From assembly GCA_002104905.1 (NCBI GenBank), contig MCFE01000711.1, positions 1 through 42,888 on the forward strand: a stretch of DNA of 42,888 bases. The letters run 5' to 3'. Shown one piece after another: positions 33,992-42,888 of the stretch. The DNA comes from Basidiobolus meristosporus CBS 931.73. Taxonomy: Eukaryota > Fungi > Basidiobolomycota. Made by a program: the position numbers and the translations under genes. Every line of letters starts with the position of its first letter. Position 1 is the first letter of the stretch. The notes below the pieces were generated by a model. The model worked only from the letters and a program-made list of their open reading frames with translations, ran no database searches and was not told the origin of the DNA.

Positions 33992-36900
33992 CTAAAGTTG
34001 AGAGGGTTCTCCTGAATCTCTTTTCTTCTGATACCAATATCTTGATGGTTCAGTATTATCAGCAAGTCTTGCAAGCTTGAGTCTGTCCCTATGCACTAAG
34101 TCTTCCCGGATATTGCCTTGTTTGTCCACCAGTTGGTAAGTTGCAAATGGACATTCTCTGATGATCTTGAATGGTCCTGTCCATTGTGGCTCAAACTTCT
34201 TCCGAGTGTTGTTTCTTAGCAATACAAAGTTCCCAACTGTCAATGCTTCTGGTGCTATAGTCTTATCAAATCTCTGCTTCATCTTTTCTGCACTTTGAGA
34301 TACTTTGGTCTGTGCCTCTTGACGTCTTTGTTCCAGTTGCTGGTGTCTACTTGGCTGACTAAGTTCATCTTCTAAGGCATCTGTAAGCTTGGGTTGTGTG
34401 AGATCTCCTGGAATCCTAGGTTCACATCCATAAACTAAGTAAAATGGTGATTGCTGGGTGGTGTTGTGTACTCTGACTCTGCATGCAAAGAGTGCTTGGT
34501 CTATATACTCATCCCATCTACTGACAACTCCATTTGCATACTTAGTCAGCATTTTTCCAAATAATCCATTAAACCGCTCAGTGACTCCATTAGTTCTGGG
34601 GTGGTATGCCGAGGTTTTCAAGTGTCTGATCTGCTGCATTTCCAGGTAAGCCTCTAATGTCTTTGCCATAAAGTTTGCACCTCTATCGGATAAGATCTCC
34701 ACAGGGCATCCAAACTTCATCAGGATCTCATGGTAAATGAAACTTGCAACTTCTTGTTCACTGGCTATTGGTACAGCTTTAGCAACTGGCCATTTAGTGG
34801 CATGGTCAATTGCTACTAGGATCCAACGGTTGCATTTCCTGGTAGTTGGCAGTCTTCCAATAAAGTCAATTCCCCATCTCTCAAATGGTCTTACAGGCTC
34901 CAAAGGGAAGAGTTCGGCAATTCTTTGTGGCTGGCCTTGATTGATTTGGCAGTTTGGGCATGTTTTTACTAGCTTCTCAATGTCTTGTTTCATTCTGGGC
35001 CACCATGCTCTGGCTTTTACAAGGCTATAGGTTCCTTCAATCCCAAGATGTCCATATCCATTGTGTAGCTTATGTATTAAATCCAGGCGAGCAACATAAG
35101 GACAATAGGCAATAGGGCTTCCATCAACAATTCGGTAGAGTGTTTCATTCTGTACAACAAATTTGCTGGCCTCATCACGGATTATCTTCTTGATATCTTC
35201 ATCCACCTCATTAGGAATGGCTTGGTCCTCCAAGTACTTTGGTAATAGGCTAGGCCAATCTGATTCATGCACCAAGTTGAGTTGTGCAACTTGATCTAAT
35301 CTTGATAAGGCATCAGCAACCGTGTTGTTTTTTCCAGGGCAGTAGACAATCTCCAGGTCAAATTGCTGAATGTATTCACTCCATCTTGTCATTCTTCTAG
35401 AGAGTACCTTCTGAGTAAATATATACTTGAGGGAGGCATGATCAGTCTTTACAGTGCATTTGACTCCTTCAATATAGCATCTCCATGTCTTCAAACAGTG
35501 TATTATAGCAAGCATCTCCTTCTCATGAACTGGATAGTTTTGTTCTGCTGAGTTCAGTTTCTTGGATTCAAAGGCAACAGGGTAGTCCTTTCCCTCGTGT
35601 TCTTGGCTCAGCACTCCACCAATTGCATAATCTGAAGCATCTGTGCACAGAGTGAACTCTTTTCTGAAGTCTGGTATTCTTAAGCTTGGCAGCTTAGCAA
35701 GTTCATTCTTTAGTGTCTGGAAGGCAGTCTCACAAGCTATGTCCCACTTGTAGGTATTGTCTTTCTTGAGGATATCAGTTAAAGGGGCTGCAATACTTGC
35801 AAATGACTTGACAAATCTCCGATAATAGGAAACCATTCCAAGGAAGGATCTGAGTTCTGATATGCTATGGGGCTGCTTCAAATTCTTGATTACTTCAACC
35901 TTCTTGGGGTCTAAGGTTACTCCTGTGCTAGTCACTATGTGTCCCAGATATTCTACGTGTTCCTTGAAGAATTCACACTTGGCTAGCTTGCCGTATAGCT
36001 TGTTCTCTCTTAGTTTCTTCAAGACCTTTTCAATGTGCACCATGTGATCCTTTTCTGTCTTGCTGTATATCAATATGTCATCCAGGTAGATTATCACAAA
36101 CTTGTCTAAGTACTCCTGAAAGACAGTCTGCATCAGCGTCATGAATGTTGCAGGGGCATTAGTGAGGCCAAAACTCATGACTAAGTACTCGTAATGTCCA
36201 TATCTGGTCCTGAATGCTGTCTTAGGGATATCTTCTGGTTTCACCCTAATCTGGTTGTATCCTGACATGAGGTCGATCTTGCTGAAAATAGTGGCTCCAT
36301 TAAGTTGGTCCAAAAGCTCATCAATCCGAGGTATGGGGTACTTATTCTTGACGGTAACTGAGTTCAGGGCTCTGTAGTCAATGCACATCCTAAGTGTTCC
36401 ATCCTTCTTTTTCACAAAAAGCACTGGTGCTCCCCAAGGTGACTTGCTGGGCCTGATGTATCCTTGCTCCAATAGCTGATCAATTTGTTTCTTCATTTCC
36501 TCCAATTCCAATGGACTCATTCTGTAAGGTGTCTTGCTCACTGGAGGGCTATCTCCTGTGTCAATGGCATGATTCACGTCTCTGACTGGTGGTAGGCTTA
36601 CAAGCTCATCTGGAAACACGTCTGAATATTTCTTCAAGAGAGTCTGGACCTGCTGGGGTGCTGGGATAGAGGAATCCTCCTGTAATACCGCCATGAGGAA
36701 CATCTGGGTACCTTTTCTAAGTGCTCTACAGAACTGGGTCTTGCTAAGTTCACTTGTCTCACACACACTGGAATTGACCAAGTTGAAATCCAGCCTGGCA
36801 GGTAATAGCTCATAGGTCTTGTTGTCTTTTTGGATCTGAGTAGCATGGGTTCTCCAGTTGATTGATGGATTACGACAAAATAGCCAGGTTTTCCCAAGTA

Positions 36901-38125
36901 CAAGGTCAGACTTGCAGTTCCCAAATATATAAGCCTGTAGGTCTTCTTCATAGTCATTGATCTTCATTCTTACTGGCTGGGTAATACGGTTGATTATGTG
37001 GGAGTTCCCATCAGCTGTGGAGACTGAAGTTGATTTGGTAGGTTCCGAGTTGATTCCAGCTTTCAAAGCAAATTGCTCTGACATGTACTCATGCGATGCT
37101 CCTGAGTCAATCATGATCTTGGCAGGTACTCCATTGATTGCTCCATTCAGGTACAATAACTTCCCTGAGTTTGAAGTCATTTGGGACAAGTACTCTTCTG
37201 TCATATGGAAGGTGAGTTCCGAGTCTTCTTCAAGCTCATCTTCCACATTACTGTGTTCATGGGACTCAATATGGTTGAAGGTTCTTGTTGGCTGGTGTCC
37301 ATTTCTTCTCTGAGGGCAGTACTTTGCAATATGTCCCTGCTGGTGGCAATTGAAGCAAAGTCCTCTCTTCTTGCATTCTTCTGAGGAGGGATTCTTCTGC
37401 ATAGCGTCTATTTCCATTGGTACTGCTTCTGATTGTCTTCTTTCATAATGATTATAGCCTTTCTGACTAGTCACTGTAGGCTTCCCAACTCCAAACATAG
37501 CTGAGTCATAGTCAATGGCAATCTTGATGGCTTCTTCAATAGTCTGAGGTCTTCGGTAATTGACTTCCTTGCGAGTTCTTTCTTTCAACCCATCAATAAA
37601 GTATTCAACTTGATCCAAGGGGTCCATTCTTTCAATTTGTCCAAGTAGACATCTGTACTCATAGATGTATTCTTGCACCATTCCTTTCTGTCTGAGTGTC
37701 TTTAACTTCCTTCTTAGTAGTGTCTGCTGGTGTGGAGGTTCAAAAGCATCCTGAATTTCCGACACAAACTCATCCCAGGTAGAGATTGTAGAGCATCCCA
37801 TCATAGTAGCTGACCTGATCTTGTTGTGGTACCACTGTAAAGCTGCATCTGCCAGGTAAGAAGCTGCATAATGCAACTTGCTCTCTGGAGCAATTCCTTT
37901 AGCTTTAAAAGCTTCTTCAATCTGAAAGAGCCAAGTTCCCAGGTTTTCATTGACTCTGCCATGGTAGCGGTTGACCTTCACACTAAAGTTGCTCTTGACA
38001 GGGCTTTGCTGGCTCTGAGCCATGGTAGTCATTCCTTGTTGCTGTTGGCTGAGGATCTGGAGTAGCTGTTGCTGTTGGGCCAGGATTTGCTGCATGGCAT
38101 TCTTCCATTCTTGATTGTCCGACAT
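33992..38125 (-). CDS. gag-pol: Ty3/gypsy Gag-Pol polyprotein, 1377 aa, uninterrupted
   Basis: Gag; [14 protein letters not shown] knuckle; PR IDSGAS; RT YLDD; RNase H TDAS; IN HHCC, WGIDF, ERFN and GPF; no chromodomain seen. Confidence 0.97.
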   Translation of the reverse strand: MSDNQEWKNAMQQILAQQQQLLQILSQQQQGMTTMAQSQQSPVKSNFSVKVNRYHGRVNENLGTWLFQIEEAFKAKGIAPESKLHYAASYLADAALQWYHNKIRSATMMGCSTISTWDEFVSEIQDAFEPPHQQTLLRRKLKTLRQKGMVQEYIYEYRCLLGQIERMDPLDQVEYFIDGLKERTRKEVNYRRPQTIEEAIKIAIDYDSAMFGVGKPTVTSQKGYNHYERRQSEAVPMEIDAMQKNPSSEECKKRGLCFNCHQQGHIAKYCPQRRNGHQPTRTFNHIESHEHSNVEDELEEDSELTFHMTEEYLSQMTSNSGKLLYLNGAINGVPAKIMIDSGASHEYMSEQFALKAGINSEPTKSTSVSTADGNSHIINRITQPVRMKINDYEEDLQAYIFGNCKSDLVLGKTWLFCRNPSINWRTHATQIQKDNKTYELLPARLDFNLVNSSVCETSELSKTQFCRALRKGTQMFLMAVLQEDSSIPAPQQVQTLLKKYSDVFPDELVSLPPVRDVNHAIDTGDSPPVSKTPYRMSPLELEEMKKQIDQLLEQGYIRPSKSPWGAPVLFVKKKDGTLRMCIDYRALNSVTVKNKYPIPRIDELLDQLNGATIFSKIDLMSGYNQIRVKPEDIPKTAFRTRYGHYEYLVMSFGLTNAPATFMTLMQTVFQEYLDKFVIIYLDDILIYSKTEKDHMVHIEKVLKKLRENKLYGKLAKCEFFKEHVEYLGHIVTSTGVTLDPKKVEVIKNLKQPHSISELRSFLGMVSYYRRFVKSFASIAAPLTDILKKDNTYKWDIACETAFQTLKNELAKLPSLRIPDFRKEFTLCTDASDYAIGGVLSQEHEGKDYPVAFESKKLNSAEQNYPVHEKEMLAIIHCLKTWRCYIEGVKCTVKTDHASLKYIFTQKVLSRRMTRWSEYIQQFDLEIVYCPGKNNTVADALSRLDQVAQLNLVHESDWPSLLPKYLEDQAIPNEVDEDIKKIIRDEASKFVVQNETLYRIVDGSPIAYCPYVARLDLIHKLHNGYGHLGIEGTYSLVKARAWWPRMKQDIEKLVKTCPNCQINQGQPQRIAELFPLEPVRPFERWGIDFIGRLPTTRKCNRWILVAIDHATKWPVAKAVPIASEQEVASFIYHEILMKFGCPVEILSDRGANFMAKTLEAYLEMQQIRHLKTSAYHPRTNGVTERFNGLFGKMLTKYANGVVSRWDEYIDQALFACRVRVHNTTQQSPFYLVYGCEPRIPGDLTQPKLTDALEDELSQPSRHQQLEQRRQEAQTKVSQSAEKMKQRFDKTIAPEALTVGNFVLLRNNTRKKFEPQWTGPFKIIRECPFATYQLVDKQGNIREDLVHRDRLKLARLADNTEPSRYWYQKKRDSGEPSQL

Positions 38126-38171
38126 CTTGAGGGTGGTTTCTTCTTTCTTCAGGAGGGAGGTTTCTGGTTAT

Positions 38172-38182
38172 CGCTGCTACCA
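38172..38182 (-). promoter_or_regulatory. Gypsy primer-binding site (3' end of tRNA, probably iMet)
   Basis: TGGTAGCAGCG, 1 nt after the 5' LTR. Confidence 0.8.
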
Positions 38183-38555
38183 ATGTTACAAGTCTTGGTA
38201 TAAGAGTTGTAGAGGAATAGGGAGTTTAGCTAGTATTGTATTCACTAAAACTTGAACTGATTTTTATTGAGGTTCCAGCAGCTCCTTATATACATTTTGC
38301 CAGATCAATTGCTGACTAATTGTATTTCCTAATGTAGGTTGTGGCTGATGACTCATTTGATTGCATCATCATCACCCAATAAGATCCTACTTAATATATC
38401 TATTTCTGTCTGATAAGGATCTGCTGATTCATTTGCTGACTAATGCTACTGATTTCATAGATAATACTGATGTACTGATAACCTAAACATATACTAACTG
38501 ATTTGACTAAAAACTGATCTAACTTAAACATTCAAGCGGCAGATCATAACATGTC

Positions 38556-41500
38556 ACTGTACAAGAGAGTGCAAGTAACTAAAGTAATGAATGGTATATT
38601 GACTCTGGAGCATCACAGCATATTTGTGGTATAAAGGATTGGTTTGGCAACTTAAAGACTATTCCTGTGAGAAAGGTTTATCTGGGAGATAACTCTGCAT
38701 TGAAAGCTACCGCTAGTGGGTCTATACAACTAAATATGAGTGATAACTCAGGGGCAACAACAGCAAAACTGACTGACGTACTCTATGTACCTGGAATAGC
38801 TAAGAACCTACTCTCAGTCAGTAAAGCAACTACTCAGGGACTGAAATTTGTTTTTACTAAGCTGAGCTGCTCAATATTGAGTGAAAATGGACAAAAATTA
38901 GCTTTGGGAATCAGAGATCACAATATATACAAGTTACAAAGCAAGATCATTGTACCTGAGTATGTCAACATTGCTGAAACTGATGAAACCAACTGGGAGA
39001 CGTGGCATAGGAGGCTAGGACACATAGGGGAACAGAAAATGAGCCAATTGGTGAAAAATCAGCTTGTTTTGGGCCTAAAATACTCAATTCCAATCAAATT
39101 GAATGTTTGTAAGGGATGTTCATATGGCAAACAAGCTAGGCAACGTTTCAAGAGCTCAGAAGGCATCAATACCACCGAAAAATTGGCTATTGTACACTCA
39201 GACATATGTGGCCCCATGAGAACACTGTCCTTTGGAGCCAAGAGATACTTTATGACGTTTATTGATGACAAGACAAGATATACATGGGTGTACTTCCTCA
39301 AAACAAAGAATGAAGCTTTAGAGACGTTTAAGCACTTCAAGAACATGGCAGAAACACAAACTGGGTGTAAATTGAAGGTACTACGAAGTGACAATGGAGG
39401 AGAATACTGCTCAAAGGAGTTTGCAAAATACTGCTTGTCTACTGGTATACTTCAACAGACCACAGTTCCTCATACTCCACAGCAAAATGGAGTAGCAGAA
39501 CGTGCAAATAGAACAATAGTAGAGATGGGAAGATCTATGCTACATGATAAGGGAATGGACTACAAGTTTTGGGCTGAATCTGTTGCTACCGCTGTATACA
39601 TCAAGAACAGATGCCCAACAACAGCACTACGTGATTCTACACCCTTTGAAGCATATACAGGCAAAAAACCAGATCTCCAGCACCTCAGGATCTTTGGCAG
39701 TAATGTTTTTTATCACATCCCTGACAAAAAACGCTCAAAGTTAGAGCCAAAGAGTAGAAAAGGGATCTTTCTTGGGTATTGTGAAGATACTAAAGGGTAT
39801 AGAGTGTATGATGGCAAAATTCAGAAGCTGATCAAGAGCAGGGACGTTGTATTTGAGGAGAATTCAGATCAGAAAGCCACAGAAATCATTGGCCAGCTGC
39901 CTGATGATGCAATCAACACAAATGAAGAATATACATACCAAATCCAGCCAGAGATGGAAGATACTTCTACCAGTTCCAGATCAGAACAGATTATCCCAGT
40001 TAGGAGATCTACCAGAATAAGAAATGCCCCTGGATCCTGGTGGCAGACATCCAATGATCATGAAGAAGCTTATCTTGCCTTATGTGCCGAACCTCAGAAT
40101 CTGGAACAGGCAATGCAAGGTCCAGATGCTACTAAGTGGCAACAAGCCATGCAGGAGGAGTACCAATCACTGATCAAGGCAAAAACGTGGGAACTGGTAG
40201 ATTTACCAAATGGGAGAAAGCCAATAGGATGTAGATGGGTCTACAAGATCAAGATAACCTCAAATGGTGCCGTTGATAAGTACAAGGCTAGATTGGTAGC
40301 TAAAGGCTATTCCCAGATCCAGGGACTAGACTTTAAGGAAACATTTGCTCCGGTTGCCAAGTTTAACTCTATTAGGACAGTTCTAGCCCTGGCAGCTGTA
40401 CACAGTCTAGATCTACACCAAATGGACGTCAAAACAGCCTTTCTAAATGGGGATTTGCAAGAAACTATATATATGGAGCAACCAGAAGGTTTTACCGATC
40501 CAAAAAGCCCCCATAAGGTGTGCAAACTTAGAAAACTGTTGTATGGGCTTAAGCAGGCACCCAGAGCATGGTATAACAAGATTGACACATATCTAGAGGA
40601 AATTGGGTTCTCTTGTAGCACTGCAGATCACAGTATATATGTAAAACAGCTCAAAAAGGGTGTGATCATCCTAGTTCTTTATGTGGACGACCTAATTATA
40701 GCTACAAGTGATCAAGAGGCACTTAAACAGACGAAATCAGATCTCTTCGGCAAGTTTGAGATGAAAGATCTTGGAAAATTGAGCTATTTTCTTGGAATTG
40801 AGGTCAAATTTGACATACCTACGCAAAAAACTGTGCTGAATCAGTCTAAGTACATCAGGGACATTCTTAGACGCTTCAAAATGGAAAATTGCAAGCCTGC
40901 AGCAACCCCTATGGTCAATAACCTGAAATTAAGCAAATCTCAGCCAGTTACAGATGAAAACGGCTCAAATATGGACCAAAACTTTCCCTATCAATCAATG
41001 GTCGGTAGCCTAATGTACTTGATGGTGTCTACACGTCCAGATATTGCAGTGGCAGTTGGAATAGTCAGTCAATTCATGCAGAATTATGGATCAGATCAAA
41101 TTGCAGCAGTTAAGCGGATTTTCAGATATCTACAAGGTACCATATATATGGTACTGGAATACTCTGGAGCAGCTAATAGGCAAATATTTGATGGTCATAG
41201 CGATTCAGATTGGGGTAGAGATCTGATTGATAGATGCTCTACCACAGGCTATGTATTTCTTTATGCTGGTGCAGCTATTACTTGGAATTGCAAGAAACAA
41301 CCAACTGTAGCACTATCTACAACTGAAGCCAAATATATGGCTGCATGTCAAGCTACTAAGGAGGCTATATGGCTACAAAAATTATTCAAAGACTTAGGTT
41401 TTAATTCAGGTGAACCAACATGTATTTACAAGGATAATCAAAGTTGTATTTCATTAGCTAGAAATCCTACTAATCATGCCAGAACTAAGCACATTGATAT

Positions 41501-41672
41501 ACAGCATCACTTTGTGAGGGAAGCTGTGGAAAATAACTTAGTAGAGCTGGTTTACTGCCCAACTAACAAAATGGTGGCAGACATATTGACAAAACCACTA
41601 GCTAGGCCACAGTTTGAGACCCTTAGAGAGAAATTGGGATTAAGAAATTATTTAGTTGAGGGGGAGTGTTGA
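38556..41672 (+). pseudogene. pol: Copia pol (PR-IN-RT-RH), open from 38583 to 41672 after an in-frame TAA at 38580
   Basis: WYIDSGASQH; WHRRLGH; VHSDICGP; RSDNGGEY; QMDVKTAFLNG; LYVDD. Likely decay substitutions at conserved sites (LRKLLYG, EAKY, TNKMVAD). Confidence 0.92.
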
Positions 41673-42037
41673 AATATTGGACTATTTGGTATTATTCAGC
41701 AGCTAAAAATTTACTTAACAATTCTAGGCTAGTCTTAGTCACTGTAGGACTCATTTACTGCCTTAACTTTGCCACTTTCTCCAGATATATGATCTTATGA
41801 TTATTCCCCTATAGTCAGGATCAAATTAGCACTATTACCCAAACATTATGTAATAACCCTGAAACTGTTACAGAATGCTCCTGAATATTGAGAAACCCTC
41901 CCTACTTAGTGTTGCAACTGTATTACTTCTACAAAGGTATAAATACTGAGCTTCTTTATGAATAAACAACAGTTCAACTATTATCACTATTTCTTGATAA
42001 GTTCCTTATATCCAAATCACTTCTTAAAATTGCAACA
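41667..42037 (+). repeat. Copia 3' LTR
   Basis: Follows PPT 41658-41666; 367/371 identical to the 5' LTR. Confidence 0.97.
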
Positions 42038-42888
42038 GAGCATTGCATGAGTACATGTCAGAGCAATTTGCTTTGAAAGCTGGAATCAACTTGGAACCCA
42101 CCAAATCAGCATCAGTCCCAACAGCTGATGTGAACTCTCACTTAATCAACCATATTACGCAGCCAGTATGGTGAAGATCAATGAGTATGAAGAAGAGCTA
42201 CAGGTCTATATATCTGGGAACTGCAAGTTTGACCTTGGGCTTGCGAAAACCTGGCTATTTTGTTGTAATCCATCAATCAACTGGAGAACCCATGCAACTC
42301 AGATCCAGAAGGACAACAAGACCTATGAGCTATTACCTGCCAGACTTGATTTCAACTTGGTTAATTCCAGTATGTGTGAGACAAGTGAGCTTATCAAGAC
42401 CCAGTTCTGTTGAGCACTTAGAAAAGGTACCCAGATGTTCCTCATGGCGGTATTACAGGAGGATTCCTCTACCCAAGCACCCCAGCAGGTCCAGACTCTC
42501 ATGAAGAAATATTCAGACGTGTTTCCAGATGAGCTTGTAAGCCTACCACCAGTCAGAGATGTGGATCATGCCATTGAAACAGGAGATAGCCCTCCAGTGA
42601 GTAAGACACCTTACAGAATGAGTCCATTGGAGTTGGAAGAGATGAAGAGACATATAGATCAGTTACTGCAGCAAGGATATATCAGACCTAGCAAGTCACC
42701 TTGGGGAGCACCAGTACTTTTTGTGAAGAAGAAGGATGGAACACTTAGGATGTGCATTGACTACAGAGCCCTCAACTCAGTTACCGTGAAGAATAAGTAC
42801 TCTATACCTTGGATTGATGAGCTCTTGGACCAGCGCAATGGAGCCACCATATTCAGCAAGATTGACCTCATGTTAAAATACAACCAGA
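42038..42888 (+). mobile_element. Old Ty3/gypsy copy, continuation (protease to start of RT), runs off the window
   Basis: Resumes at GAGCA-TTGCATGAGTAC, collinear with the intact copy; contains stops and a frameshift. Confidence 0.95.

Larger units (their letters stand above)
33614..38551 (-). mobile_element. Intact, very young Ty3/gypsy LTR retrotransposon, 4938 bp
   Basis: Two 368-bp LTRs (33614-33981, 38184-38551) with no difference I could find; 4-bp TSD TGTC (33610-33613, 38552-38555); PBS and PPT present; single open ORF. Confidence 0.98.
32406..42037 (+). mobile_element. Full-length Ty1/copia element (split by a gypsy insertion at 33614-38551), inactivated
   Basis: 371-bp LTRs 32406-32776 and 41667-42037 with 4 mismatches; TSD GAGCA (32401-32405, 42038-42042); PBS GGTTATGAGCCC; PPT GAGGGGGAG; domain order gag-PR-IN-RT-RH. 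Confidence 0.97.

Noticed and set aside
34458-38183. Numerous short ORFs overlapping the gypsy and copia polyproteins
   Set aside because: Alternative-frame or antisense by-products of long coding sequences.
1-42888. CRISPR arrays, rRNA/tRNA genes, telomeric or satellite arrays, prokaryotic operons
   Set aside because: None seen; all repeats resolve into transposon copies, LTRs or TIRs.

Overview
Eukaryotic DNA, most likely from an early-diverging (non-Dikarya) fungus. This is inferred from 57-67 nt introns with CTAAC-type branch sites, a WC-2-like PAS protein and a plant-type [11 protein letters not shown] alternative oxidase. Bases 1-~4.3 kb are a CpG-rich host gene island with two minus-strand genes: the 5' part of a white collar-2-like gene (1-627, missed by the ORF track because it runs off the edge) and a complete 7-exon alternative oxidase (1177-2548). 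The remaining ~38.5 kb is a CpG-depleted nest of transposons that can be resolved by termini and target-site duplications (TSDs). It holds ~7 decayed pieces of one CACTA/CMC-like DNA transposon family (CCCTATGAAAAAT termini, head-to-head ORFs), two PIF/Harbinger-like copies plus a 733-bp foldback relative (all with AAT/ATT targets), four solo LTRs, and a triple nest: old Ty3/gypsy > Ty1/copia > young intact Ty3/gypsy of the same family as the old one. I found no rRNA, tRNA or CRISPR features and no unequivocally new biological system. The best novelty candidates are the two DNA-transposon families and their uncharacterised accessory proteins. All alignments were done by eye, so breakpoints without a TSD are approximate.
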